From NCBI GenBank assembly GCA_035479295.1, contig DATIIV010000020.1:10027-74026 (forward strand): a stretch of 64,000 nucleotides of DNA, in the 5' to 3' direction. Below are positions 50,428-60,343 of the stretch, in pieces. The stretch's first letter is position 1, and each line of letters starts with the position of its first letter. Under the pieces are notes generated by a model. The model was not told the origin of the DNA. It was given only the letters and a program-made list of their open reading frames with translations, and ran no database searches. Made by a program: the position numbers and the translations under genes. The DNA is from Candidatus Saccharimonadia bacterium. GTDB taxonomy: Bacteria; Patescibacteriota; Saccharimonadia; UBA4664.

Positions 50428-52056
50428 ATGAGTAAACGTTGTAAATTATACTACATACTCGTGTCAGTGCTGTCAGCGGCAATTATCGGATTATTTGCGC
50501 TCTGGTGGTTCAATTTAGCTCATATTCCGCATAACTTTAGCGGCCGCTGGCATCTCATTGATGCACTGTTGTATCTGGCTGTCAGTTACGTTATTTGGCA
50601 TCCCATGGTAATGATGGTGCTGGCCTGGGTGGTGGCGCTGCACATCAAGGAGCTGCCCAAACTGCGGCCGGCTCGGGGTGCACGCGTGGCTTTCATTACC
50701 AACTTTGTGCCGGCCTCGGAGCCCATTGAGCTACTCGAAAAAAACTTGCCGGCCATGGTGAAGGCCTCCTACAAGCACGATACTTGGTTGCTCGACGAGG
50801 GCGATGACCCGGCCGTTAAAGCGCTCTGCGAGCGACTAGGCGTGCACCACTACAGCCGGCGCGGCCAGCCCGACTACAACACGGTTGGCGGTAAGTTTGC
50901 CGCCAAGACCAAGGGTGGCAATCATAACTCTTGGTACGACCGCCACGGTGCCAACTACGACTTTGTGGCCCAGATCGATACCGACTTTATTCCGCGCAAA
51001 GATTTTCTCACCAAGACCCTGGGCTATTTTAAGAACCCTAAGATCGCCTTTGTGGGCACGCCGCAAATTTATGGCAATACCGCTAAATCGCTGATTGCTC
51101 GAGGTGCGGCCGAGCAATCGTATATTTTTTATGGACCGTTCTTGCGTGGCCTCTGTGGTCTCGATAGCTCGCTCTTGATCGGCGCCAACCACATTATCCG
51201 GGTGGCGGCGCTCAAGAGCGTCGATCATTACAGTGCGCACATCACCGAGGACCTGCTAACAGGCATGAAGCTCCACGCCGACGGCTGGCAGAGTGTCTAC
51301 GTGAGCGAACCGCTGGCCGTGGGCGAAGGCCCCACCGCGTGGCGGCCGTACTTTAATCAGCAAATGCGGTGGGCTTACGGCTGCATCGATATTTTGTGGC
51401 ACCACAGCCCGCGGTTGCTCCGGCGCATGTCGTACCGCCGAGCCATCTACTACGCCTGGCTGCAGCAGTACTACTTTACGGGTCTCGCCATGGCGCTGGG
51501 TATTATTGGCTTGGTGCTCTACTTTGGGCTGGGCATTAGTACGGCTACACTCGATATGCGGCAATTTTTGCTGGTATACCTGCCAGCTATCTCGATCTGT
51601 GGCTTTATGGCGCTGTGGCTGCAGCGGTTTAATGTGCGGCCGCGGCAAGAGCGCGGGCTAATGGTGGCCGGGGCTATTGCTAGCTTGGCGGCCTGGCCAA
51701 TCTTCTTTCTAGCCTTTATTTGCGTGCTACGGCGCAAGCACCTCGTTTATAAAGTTACGCCCAAGGGTATGTTTAATAAGCCCAGCCACGAGCTACATAT
51801 CTTTAAGCCGCACTTTGTGGTCGCACTCATTGGGGGCCTGGCCCTGGCCTCGTCTTTTTTTACACATCGGCAATCGTGGGTGATGATGTTTTGGGCCGGC
51901 TGCATCACTGGCTCAATGGCGTTATTGCCCTTTATGGAGGACATATATCAGGTTTCGTTGCGTGTTCGCTCGGCGATTCTGCTGAGAGCGGCTAGGCTTA
52001 AGCGCTGGCGGTTGATAAAACAGCCAAGTCCGGCCCAACCGCAGGGCGGCGCGTAG
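50428..52056 (+). CDS. GT2 cellulose-synthase-like glycosyltransferase
   Basis: LLDEG, KGGNHN, DTD, TPQ, TEDL, QQMRW, VTPK. Confidence 0.9.
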   Translation: MSKRCKLYYILVSVLSAAIIGLFALWWFNLAHIPHNFSGRWHLIDALLYLAVSYVIWHPMVMMVLAWVVALHIKELPKLRPARGARVAFITNFVPASEPIELLEKNLPAMVKASYKHDTWLLDEGDDPAVKALCERLGVHHYSRRGQPDYNTVGGKFAAKTKGGNHNSWYDRHGANYDFVAQIDTDFIPRKDFLTKTLGYFKNPKIAFVGTPQIYGNTAKSLIARGAAEQSYIFYGPFLRGLCGLDSSLLIGANHIIRVAALKSVDHYSAHITEDLLTGMKLHADGWQSVYVSEPLAVGEGPTAWRPYFNQQMRWAYGCIDILWHHSPRLLRRMSYRRAIYYAWLQQYYFTGLAMALGIIGLVLYFGLGISTATLDMRQFLLVYLPAISICGFMALWLQRFNVRPRQERGLMVAGAIASLAAWPIFFLAFICVLRRKHLVYKVTPKGMFNKPSHELHIFKPHFVVALIGGLALASSFFTHRQSWVMMFWAGCITGSMALLPFMEDIYQVSLRVRSAILLRAARLKRWRLIKQPSPAQPQGGA

Positions 52057-52128
52057 CCTGACGCCATAAGGCAGAAGCGGCTCCCGTCCCCGCCCAAAGG
52101 GTGAGACGAGAGCCGCGAACGACTGGGG

Positions 52129-52857
52129 CTAGGCGCCGTGCTTGGCTATGAACCGCCTTGTGCACTCCAAAAGGTATGCTTGGTTCTTAAGGTTCAGCCG
52201 GAAGAACCCACCGAATACCTCATGCGGTCGAAGCTCAGCGCTACAGAGTCGATCGTCGCCCCGATGCGGGTGCGTGAAGATCAACGTGCTGCTCGGGTCA
52301 GTGTCGGCAAGAGCCATATGGTCGGGCGTCACCGACCAGGTCTGGTGGCCTGGAATGATGCTGGCGCACCGGGCCATTGCCACCTGTCTGGCGATGTCTG
52401 GCGCGAGGCAGCCGTTGGCAACCAGCGCTATGCTGGTGACGTTGTGAGCTGTGGCGAGCCTGGCTGCGGCCGCGATCTCTTGCTGCGGGTCCTGTGAGCT
52501 GGTGTCAGTAACGGCGGCGTCGAGCAGCTCATCGAGCCGGGACTGCCCGATTCTGTCTGCCAGCTCACGGTGATCGCGGATGGCATCGAACTCGATCAGC
52601 TCGTCCCGGCGCAAAAGCAGCAGTTCTCGCACGGCATCGGCTTCGGCCCGGCCGTCGGACCTGTGCGAGGCACCGGAACCCATGCCGATGAACGCCACGC
52701 TCTTCAATCCGTGATTGAGCGCACACAATATCGCCATGGGCAAGCTGCCCAATTGCTGCTGCTCCGGGTCGCCCCAGAGCAAGTCCTTCCAGCCGATGGT
52801 GTTGGTGTGAAGGCCGCAAATCCAGACTGCTCTCTCTGTCGTCATGCGATGCTCCAT
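52129..52857 (-). CDS. hypothetical protein
   Basis: 242-aa ORF with plausible globular composition. Confidence 0.55.
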   Translation of the reverse strand: MEHRMTTERAVWICGLHTNTIGWKDLLWGDPEQQQLGSLPMAILCALNHGLKSVAFIGMGSGASHRSDGRAEADAVRELLLLRRDELIEFDAIRDHRELADRIGQSRLDELLDAAVTDTSSQDPQQEIAAAARLATAHNVTSIALVANGCLAPDIARQVAMARCASIIPGHQTWSVTPDHMALADTDPSSTLIFTHPHRGDDRLCSAELRPHEVFGGFFRLNLKNQAYLLECTRRFIAKHGA

Positions 52858-52932
52858 TTTCGTGAGTCGTTGAACTGCCGGGAAAGAGCAGGCCCCATTG
52901 TATCACAGCAGGCAGCTCACTATGATGACGCA

Positions 52933-53231
52933 ATGAACCAGCGCTGCGCCTGGGTGATGCGGGTAATGAATTATACGAGCAGTACCATGATGAGGAATTT
53001 TGAATTCCTCATTCTGGGGCCGGTTTATCGTGGTTGACGATTCTGCGGCGGCGCCAGGGCTATCGAGCTGTCTTTGCCAATTTTGATGCCATGGCGGTAG
53101 CTCAGTACGGCTGGGAGCAGGTGGCGGCTTTGTTGGCTGAAACCGCCATTATTCGCAACCGGCTTAAGGTAACCGCTGCTATTAATAATGCCCAAAAGTT
53201 TCTGGAGGTGCAGCGGCTCGGTCGGTCCTGA
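52933..53231 (+). pseudogene. tag: DNA-3-methyladenine glycosylase I remnant
   Basis: Across frames: MNQRCAW...YEQYHDEE...FEFLIL...AGLSWLTILRRRQGYR...IIRNRLKV..AINNA; internal deletions and C-terminal truncation. Confidence 0.8.
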
Positions 53232-53332
53232 TGGTGGCCGAGTTAATCGGTACGCAAGTACAACTCTAGCGGTTTACACATCGATTGGCGCCGGACAGTA
53301 ATGTCCGACGCCAATGGTTGATGTGGATGGGA

Positions 53333-54748
53333 CTAGGCGGCCCGGCGCAGCTGGCTAACGGCTGCGATGGGTTCGCCCGTGAGGGACACCTCGGCCTGGA
53401 AGACGCGGCCGCGGTAGACGGCACGGCCGTCGTGGATGTGGATGGGCTCGATGGCGAAGGGCTGGTCGCCGTCGAGGTAGGTAACGACCGCCAGGCCCTG
53501 CTGCCAGTTCTCGAACCGGCTGACCGGACGGCCGGCGTTGCTGGCCGCTCCGTTGGCGCTGGGTACTGCGCCGTCGACCCGGCAGAGGCAGCCGGGGGTG
53601 AAGGCCATCAGGTTGCGGCCCGAGCTGTGGTCGGTCTTCCACTGCATCTCGATGCGGTGAACGTGGCCGAAGATGCTCGAGGCGCCCTCGTCGTCGACCA
53701 CGGCCTTGGCCGTTGAGCCGTTGGACCGCACGATCTTGCCGTGTTGGCAGTTGAGCCGGTCGTTGATCCAGTAGCGGGCGGCCGGGTAGCCGTCCACGTA
53801 CTGCACACCCAGCTCGGCCAGCCGCAGCAAGTGCTGGATGCTCATGACCGGCCAGGAAGCCGGCTGGTTGGCCTGGCGCAGCCCGAAGGCGGCCCGGGCG
53901 TTGTCGAGAATCCAGCGGAGCAACCGGTAGTCGTGGTTGCCCTCGAGCAGTACCCGCTCCTCGGCGTTGGGTGCCGCCGCCTCCTGCTCGGCCAGGAACA
54001 GGTGGCCGCGGTCGAGGCCGGCCTGCATGGTGGTGGCGAAGGTGGGCAGCTGCACGAACCGGCTCAGATTCGGCAGGTCCAGGAAATCACCCAGGTTGAC
54101 CACCTTGTGCGGGTTGACGAAGCGCATGATCTGCAGCGCCACGTTCATGGCCTGCTCGTCGTGCATCGCCACTAGCTCGCCGGTGGTCGGGTCCTGCCAG
54201 TAGCCGATCTGCGGGTCGGGCAGGACCACCGCCACCTTGAGCGGACCGGTGCGCGGCTTGGGCACGTGCACGTGGCGGATCACCACGGGCGCGGCCGGCT
54301 GCACCACGGGCCAGGCGGGACCTTCGGCCGCACCAGCCGGGCTCATCACCACCGAGGTGACGTCCAGGTCGTGGATCTCGGCCTCGCCGGCGTTGTTCTT
54401 GGTCAGCATCTGGTAGGTGCCCACGCGCACCTTCTCGACCTTGCCGATCTGGTCGGCGTCGATGCCAGCGTCGATCAGCAGTTTGGCCACGCGATTGATG
54501 GTGGCGGCGTCCGGCACGGTGCCGGCGGCGGTCTGGTCGCTCGCCTCGGCCTCCGTCATGGCCTCGCTGCCGTCGTGGAAGTTCGGGTCGGGCCCGACTC
54601 CGCCGGCCTTGGCATAGGCCCTGGCGCGTAGCTCCAGTAGTCGTACGATGTGGTGCTCCGGGAAGGCCTCCGTCAGCTGCTGCGGCGTCAAGCACGCCAG
54701 CAGTCGCGCGGTGGTCTTGGCCGTCAGCGGGAGCCTCTTCTTCTCCAC
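53333..54748 (-). CDS. calcineurin-like metallophosphoesterase with long N-terminal region (phage-type)
   Basis: LPDPQ, NLGDFLD, EGNHD, QHG, FGHVHR; GGAGG RBS. Confidence 0.8.
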   Translation of the reverse strand: MEKKRLPLTAKTTARLLACLTPQQLTEAFPEHHIVRLLELRARAYAKAGGVGPDPNFHDGSEAMTEAEASDQTAAGTVPDAATINRVAKLLIDAGIDADQIGKVEKVRVGTYQMLTKNNAGEAEIHDLDVTSVVMSPAGAAEGPAWPVVQPAAPVVIRHVHVPKPRTGPLKVAVVLPDPQIGYWQDPTTGELVAMHDEQAMNVALQIMRFVNPHKVVNLGDFLDLPNLSRFVQLPTFATTMQAGLDRGHLFLAEQEAAAPNAEERVLLEGNHDYRLLRWILDNARAAFGLRQANQPASWPVMSIQHLLRLAELGVQYVDGYPAARYWINDRLNCQHGKIVRSNGSTAKAVVDDEGASSIFGHVHRIEMQWKTDHSSGRNLMAFTPGCLCRVDGAVPSANGAASNAGRPVSRFENWQQGLAVVTYLDGDQPFAIEPIHIHDGRAVYRGRVFQAEVSLTGEPIAAVSQLRRAA

Positions 54749-55305
54749 AACACACCTCCAAGTAGGACGAACAAGGGTGTTTAGTTATATTCACTTGTGA
54801 AGGTAGGGAAGCCCCACCGTGGGGTTAGCATTAGTATATGGTTCGATCATCCAACTATGCAAGACTAAAACGTAAGAAAAATTAGAGCAATGCACAGTGA
54901 CACAATTAACACTTACGCTCGACCAGATAAAGGCCACGCTCACTTTGGTAAACGTAAATAGTCACTAAAGAATCGGCATAACCGGTCGCATTCCTGGGGC
55001 TAGGGTTCTTGGCTGTACTAGGTACTGTACTGAGGCCAGTAATGCGGGATAGACGCCGATAAGCACCTACACAAAGCCGGTAATGAATTGCGTACGCGAG
55101 CTACTGACCTTGGTGTAGTACTGTGAGTTAACGGATAATCTTGGGTGCACTCATCTAGTTAGTCGTGGGGTATAGTAGAAGTATGTCTGCCAGTAACTCT
55201 CATCAGGCCAAAGCCGTGGCCGGAGCGCGGTGATGATGCGCATATCCGGAAGAGCACTTTTATTTGCTGCCGATTCTGGTGCGCTACATTAAGGAGAACG
55301 GCTAA

Positions 55306-56352
55306 ATGAACGATCGCATTATTGGCATTATGCAGCAAGCCATCGCCGATCGGGTCTTTCCCGGGGCGGTGGTGAGCTATGTGCGAGGCGGCCAGACCAC
55401 GGTACTGCCGGTGGGCCATTTGCGCTACGATGGCGCCGAGGCGGTGACGGCCGAGACGGTCTACGATGTGGCGTCGATCACCAAGAGCATTCCGACCTCG
55501 ACGTTGGCACTGTGCCTGATTGACGAGGGCAGGCTAGGGCTCGATGACCGGGTAATTAAGTATGTGCCCGAGCTGCAGAACGAGTATCGCGACCAGCTGC
55601 TGGTGCGGCATTTGCTAACGTATACGGCGGTCTGGGATGTGCCGGGCGGGCTGTCGGCGGTGGCGCGGAGCGGGGCTGAGGCGGTGCGGCAGGCGCTGCT
55701 AACCGCGCCGTTGCTGGCGCCCCCGGGCCAGCGCTACTTTTATACCAATCCGCCGGCCATTCTGCTGGGCTGGATTATCGAGCGGATCTGCGGTCGGCCG
55801 CTGGACGAGGTGGCGGCCGAGCGGTTCTTTGGGCCACTCGAGATGGCGCACACGACCTTTCGGCCCGAGACGCTGCCTGGCGCGGTCATAGCGCCCACCG
55901 AAATTGACGACCGCGGCGAGGTCTGCGGCCAAGTGCACGACGAGGCGGCCTGGGCGCTGCGGCAGGCCGGCCAAGTGGCAGGCAACGCCGGGCTCTTTAG
56001 CACCGCGCCGGACCTGTTGCGCTTTGCCGAAATGCTGCTGGCCGGCGGGCGGCTAGACGGCCGGCGCTGCCTGAGCGCCGAAACGGTAGCGCGCATTCCG
56101 GTTAACCAGGTGGCCGAGCTGGGCGCCTGCGCCGGCCTGGGCTGGGAGCTCGGCCAGCCAGCTTTTATGGGCGCCCGCGGCAGCGACCGGCTCTTTGGCA
56201 AGACCGGCTTTACCGGCTGCTTCATCTTGATTGACCCGGTTAAACAGGCCGCGCTGGTGCTCCTGTCCAACCGGATTCATCCCCAGCGGCCACCCAACCG
56301 CGAGGCCATTAACGCCGTACGCCGGGCTATCGCCGATCTTGTATTTGGCTAA
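55306..56352 (+). CDS. serine hydrolase, beta-lactamase class C-like family
   Basis: ASITK (SxxK), HLLTYT, YTN, GQVHDE, GKTGFTG. Confidence 0.88.
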   Translation: MNDRIIGIMQQAIADRVFPGAVVSYVRGGQTTVLPVGHLRYDGAEAVTAETVYDVASITKSIPTSTLALCLIDEGRLGLDDRVIKYVPELQNEYRDQLLVRHLLTYTAVWDVPGGLSAVARSGAEAVRQALLTAPLLAPPGQRYFYTNPPAILLGWIIERICGRPLDEVAAERFFGPLEMAHTTFRPETLPGAVIAPTEIDDRGEVCGQVHDEAAWALRQAGQVAGNAGLFSTAPDLLRFAEMLLAGGRLDGRRCLSAETVARIPVNQVAELGACAGLGWELGQPAFMGARGSDRLFGKTGFTGCFILIDPVKQAALVLLSNRIHPQRPPNREAINAVRRAIADLVFG

Positions 56353-57276
56353 TTATAGCCACCGTCGCCGATACAGCACATAGAGAATCAGGCTACAAAC
56401 CGCTAATGTGCCCAGCATAATCCAGCCAAACGCCGCGTGCGAGCCTTGCCCCGGCAGGGGAACGTTCATGCCGTATAGGCTAAACACGATCGTCGGAATC
56501 GTCAGCACCACCGTGAGCGAGGTGAGCAGCTGCACCTGGCGGTTTAGGTTGTTGGTCATAATGTTGGAGTAGGCCTCGCGGATGTTAACGATGGTCTTGA
56601 GCGCGCCGCTACTGGTTTCGGTGAGCTGGCGCGTCGCTTGAATTAAGTCCTCGATCAGATCGCGATCGTCCTCAAAGAAGGTTAAGCCGTGGCGACCCGA
56701 TAGCAGGCTACTCAGCAGCAAGTTGGCCGGCACCAGTTCGCTCAAAAAGTAGTTGAGCGCATCTTCAATCACCACAAACTGCACGAAGTCGCGGTTATTA
56801 ATGGTGGCCACATTCAGCCGCGCCCGGACACTGCGAATCTGGCGCGTCAGGTAGGTGATATTGCGCTCGTAGGTGCCAATAATGTGGCGCAGCAGCTGAA
56901 GTAACAACTTAGCCCGCTGGGTAGTAATGAGGCTGCTAGCAAGCAGTCGTTCGGTTTCGGGCAGCTCGGCTGGGCTAATGCTGGCAACAAACTTTGGCCC
57001 AACTACCAGCAGAACTGGCCGTGTTATGACCTGCTCGCCCTGGCGCAAGGCGTAGCGCATGTACACGTATGTGTTATCGTCGTCGATCTCGAGTCGCGGA
57101 ATCTCGTCGGGATCAAGGGCGTCGGTTAGCAGGTCGGGGTCGAGGTTGAATTTGGTAGCCAAAAGGTTGAGTTCAGTCTCGGTGGGCGCCTCTACACGCA
57201 CCCAGCTGCCGGTCCGAAACTTGTCGAGCCGGGTTAATTTTGAGTCCCGGATATTCCGGTAGTGGTAGGTGATCAT
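56353..57276 (-). CDS. corA: CorA family Mg2+ transporter
   Basis: ALDPDEIPR, two C-terminal TMs, YGMN signature. Confidence 0.92.
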   Translation of the reverse strand: MITYHYRNIRDSKLTRLDKFRTGSWVRVEAPTETELNLLATKFNLDPDLLTDALDPDEIPRLEIDDDNTYVYMRYALRQGEQVITRPVLLVVGPKFVASISPAELPETERLLASSLITTQRAKLLLQLLRHIIGTYERNITYLTRQIRSVRARLNVATINNRDFVQFVVIEDALNYFLSELVPANLLLSSLLSGRHGLTFFEDDRDLIEDLIQATRQLTETSSGALKTIVNIREAYSNIMTNNLNRQVQLLTSLTVVLTIPTIVFSLYGMNVPLPGQGSHAAFGWIMLGTLAVCSLILYVLYRRRWL

Positions 57277-57400
57277 GCATCAACCTCCGACTAAGTCAAT
57301 CTGACAAAACGGCCGCACCAGAACGGTGACGGCTCTCAAGTATTATGGTTGCTCGAAAATAAGAAGTATTAAAAATAAGCCTATAGGGTTAAAACGGCGC

Positions 57401-57437
57401 ATCGGAGGTCTGGCGCGAAAGCTGCCAGACCTCCGAT
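57401..57437 (-). terminator. hairpin after 57442-58092 gene
   Basis: Perfect 14-bp stem ATCGGAGGTCTGGC/GCCAGACCTCCGAT. Confidence 0.65.
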
Positions 57438-57441
57438 AGGT

Positions 57442-58092
57442 TCAGATCGAGATGGGTGCCGGCAACGCCAGGGTGGCTGAGGCCTTGCGCAGTAAGGCCC
57501 AAGCTGTGTGCTGCGGACTGATGTCAAGCTGCGCCAGGATGCCTCCGAGCACGTGGTGCGCAAAGCGCTGACACGCGCGCGGCGACGACCAGGCCTCCAC
57601 CAGCACGAGCCTGCTAGGCTGCTTGAGTACAATCCGCAAATCGGCATCTGCCACATTACTGCCGCAGAGACCGCTCTCGATCGCTTCGCTCATCAGTTCC
57701 CAGGTGTCATCCTCCTCGCCGGATGTTACTGCGATCTCGAGAAGGGACATGTGGCTGCTGGCTTGCAGTCGCTCAGAGTTGCCCGCCAGATGTAGGACGT
57801 GCGGCGTTGAGATGTCGGTTACGCGACAGGCCTCTGTGGCGGCCTGGGCCAGCAGCTGGGCTGTTTCCACTAGCCGATGGTCGGTGGCGTCACCGCCGTT
57901 GCGGGCCTCGAATACGCACAATCTCAGCGATCGGCCGGGCTTGAAGCCCGCCACGCTGGCGCGTGCGTCTTTGTCCACCGTTCCGGTGATGGCGGCAGCT
58001 AGTCCGCCTATTCCTTGCGGTATCTCCAGATCGACGACGCCACAGTCAGCAAACCGGAGCAGGAGGGCGCGATAACCCAAGTCGATTGTCAA
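57442..58092 (-). CDS. hypothetical protein
   Basis: AAGGAG RBS before TTG, downstream hairpin. Confidence 0.55.
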   Translation of the reverse strand: MTIDLGYRALLLRFADCGVVDLEIPQGIGGLAAAITGTVDKDARASVAGFKPGRSLRLCVFEARNGGDATDHRLVETAQLLAQAATEACRVTDISTPHVLHLAGNSERLQASSHMSLLEIAVTSGEEDDTWELMSEAIESGLCGSNVADADLRIVLKQPSRLVLVEAWSSPRACQRFAHHVLGGILAQLDISPQHTAWALLRKASATLALPAPISI

Positions 58093-58206
58093 AACTACTC
58101 CTTTTTGTGGTTACTTGGCAGCAGTTTGTAAATAATGCCATAAGAAAGCAAAATAAGCAAGTATTCGTGAGTGGAGAAAGTATTTTCTGGCCCTGGAGCC
58201 TTCTCT

Positions 58207-58701
58207 CTAACGTGTCACCGCAATAGTAGCACCGGCCTCGGCCCGTGGGGCGGTGAGCTGCCATTGGCCGAACTCATTGCGAGCCACATGGTAGCCACTG
58301 TTGAATTGGCCGGCGCCGCCGATGGGGTCCTGAGGGATGGCCGCTAAGCTGTCGCCGGTACCGATGAGAAAACCTAGGTCGGCCAGCTTAGCCGTCTTGC
58401 AGACGGCGCCTTGGCTGGTGCAAATATCCAGGCCGTTGGGTGGCAGAGTAATGGGCAGCCGGCTGTGGCGGGTCATGTACTGATGAAGCGCCTCGCTCAA
58501 GACGGTGAGGTCGGCGGTGCGCTGGTGGTTGCGGCTGCTCGGCGTGTTGGGCGAGTGAACCGAGACGACGGGGGTCGCCAAACTATGGGCACCCAGGGTG
58601 CTCAAGGCAGCCACAATGGCCGCCGCGCCAAAGCCCACTCCGAGCCAGCGCCACTGCACCACGCGGCCGCGATAGATTGACGATTGGCGAGTGAACTTCA
58701 T
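58207..58701 (-). CDS. pilin/pseudopilin-like (GspG-like) protein
   Basis: N-terminal TM, R.ADL..L..AL.QY helix, IPQDP, Cys pair. Confidence 0.55.
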   Translation of the reverse strand: MKFTRQSSIYRGRVVQWRWLGVGFGAAAIVAALSTLGAHSLATPVVSVHSPNTPSSRNHQRTADLTVLSEALHQYMTRHSRLPITLPPNGLDICTSQGAVCKTAKLADLGFLIGTGDSLAAIPQDPIGGAGQFNSGYHVARNEFGQWQLTAPRAEAGATIAVTR

Positions 58702-58760
58702 AGTCTCTTTGTATCATAAGCGTTATGGTCAGGGCTAGGCAAAAGCGCTAAACTGAGACC

Positions 58761-59738
58761 ATGAGCGGTACGCCTACGCCATCTCAACCTGAGCAGCACG
58801 ATCTGGTAATTATTGGTGCCGGGCCGGCCGGGCTGGCCGCCGCGCTCTACGCCGCCCGCGAGGACCTGCGGCCGCTGGTGCTCGAGAAGGCTGTGGTCGG
58901 CGGACTGGCTGCCATTACGGCCACCATCGAGAACTACCCCGGCTTTGAGAACGGCGTGGGCGGGCTCGAGCTAGCCGATCACCTACTGGCCCACGCCAAG
59001 CGGTTTGGCGCCGAGGTGCGCAGCGGTCCCGAGGTGGTGGGCCTGGCCCGTACGGCCGACGGCCTGCGTCTCACTCTGGCCAACGACCAGCCGCCGATTC
59101 TGGCGCAGGCCGTCCTCATCGCCACCGGCTCCACCTACCGCCACCTCGGCGCGCCCGGCGAGGCCGAGCTGATCGGCCGCGGCGTGCACTTTTGCGCCAC
59201 CTGTGACGGGCCGATCTACCGCGGCCGCGAGCTGGTAGTGGTGGGCGGCGGCAACTCGGCTCTGCAAGAGACGCTCTTCTTGGCTAAATTCGCTCGTCAC
59301 ATCACTATGCTGGTACGCGGACCCGAGCTTAAGGGCTCGGCTATTTTGCGGCACCAGGTGGCGCAGCTCACCAACGTTACCGTTGTGTCCCAGCTGAGCG
59401 TTACTAGCCTGGCCCGGGCTGAGCCAAACGGCCCTATTACCCTAGAAACCACCAAGACCGGCGGTGGCGCTGGGCCGCAATTTACCGCCGATGGCGCCTT
59501 TGTCTTTATCGGTCTCCTAGCCAATACCGCGCCCTTTGCTAAAACTCTGGAACTCGACGCCCGCGGCTTCATTGTTGCCACGCCCGATTATGCCACCAGT
59601 CTACGCGGCGTCTTTGTGGCCGGCGACGTGCGCTCCGGCTCCACCTGGCAGATCGCCAGCGCTGTGGGCGAGGGTGTCGCGGCAGCACTCAGCATTCGCA
59701 CCTATCTGGACGGCCAGCGCCACCAAACTGCCGCTTAA
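58761..59738 (+). CDS. trxB: thioredoxin reductase
   Basis: GAGPAG, IENYPGF, CATCDG, GGGNSA, AGDV. Confidence 0.93.
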   Translation: MSGTPTPSQPEQHDLVIIGAGPAGLAAALYAAREDLRPLVLEKAVVGGLAAITATIENYPGFENGVGGLELADHLLAHAKRFGAEVRSGPEVVGLARTADGLRLTLANDQPPILAQAVLIATGSTYRHLGAPGEAELIGRGVHFCATCDGPIYRGRELVVVGGGNSALQETLFLAKFARHITMLVRGPELKGSAILRHQVAQLTNVTVVSQLSVTSLARAEPNGPITLETTKTGGGAGPQFTADGAFVFIGLLANTAPFAKTLELDARGFIVATPDYATSLRGVFVAGDVRSGSTWQIASAVGEGVAAALSIRTYLDGQRHQTAA

Positions 59739-59818
59739 ATTACGCCAAGAGGTCCAGAGGCGTACCAAAAGCGACCCCCGGACGAAGCGTCCAGGGGTCA
59801 GCTAAGGTGGTGTGGGTC

Positions 59819-60343
59819 TCACAGTAGCGACGACATATCCTCTGGCGGAAAAGCCTCCACCAAGGCCTGAAGAGTTGGAAATACCCGGATCCCCAGGCAG
59901 TCCATCACCTGGCATTGGCGCTGCCATAACGGCTCACTGGCTCTCCATGCTGGGTATACGGGGCGTGGCGCTGCCGCCAAGAGGCGGGCTTGCTGGCTAC
60001 GAAAGCCGCGGGTTCCCAGAAGAACCCTGCCGCGACTGGCGGTGACTATCAAGAGGTTCAGATCTGGCCGGTCGTTGCCCAGGTTCGGCGTATAGCTGTG
60101 GTAGATGCCGCAGCTACAGTTGTAGTTAGGCGCGTCGCCGCAGGGATCGTCGGTTGCCAGGCAAACTGCTCGCATGGTGCCGCTACGCCAGGGTGTGCGG
60201 ATGCCGTGGAGAGCCCAGGTCGCCGGTTGGTCTCTGAGCCGCCTCACCTTCATGGCTCGGTAGCCGCGCAGAGCGGCGGGGACGAGCAGCGGCTGGGCGT
60301 TTGGGCCGACGCCCCAGATCGCCTGATCGTTGATGGCTACCAT
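59819..60343 (-). CDS. hypothetical protein with GYR...C...CSCGIY motif
   Basis: 174-aa ORF translationally coupled to the upstream peptide ORF. Confidence 0.65.
   Translation of the reverse strand: MVAINDQAIWGVGPNAQPLLVPAALRGYRAMKVRRLRDQPATWALHGIRTPWRSGTMRAVCLATDDPCGDAPNYNCSCGIYHSYTPNLGNDRPDLNLLIVTASRGRVLLGTRGFRSQQARLLAAAPRPVYPAWRASEPLWQRQCQVMDCLGIRVFPTLQALVEAFPPEDMSSLL

Noticed and set aside
54780-55300. 520-bp AT-richer intergenic gap as ncRNA or gene
   Set aside because: Only one small hairpin and stop-interrupted frames; probably promoter DNA plus decayed sequence, nothing supportable
57277-57440. M-box (ykoK) riboswitch upstream of corA
   Set aside because: No recognisable M-box consensus; the strong hairpin belongs to the end of the upstream gene
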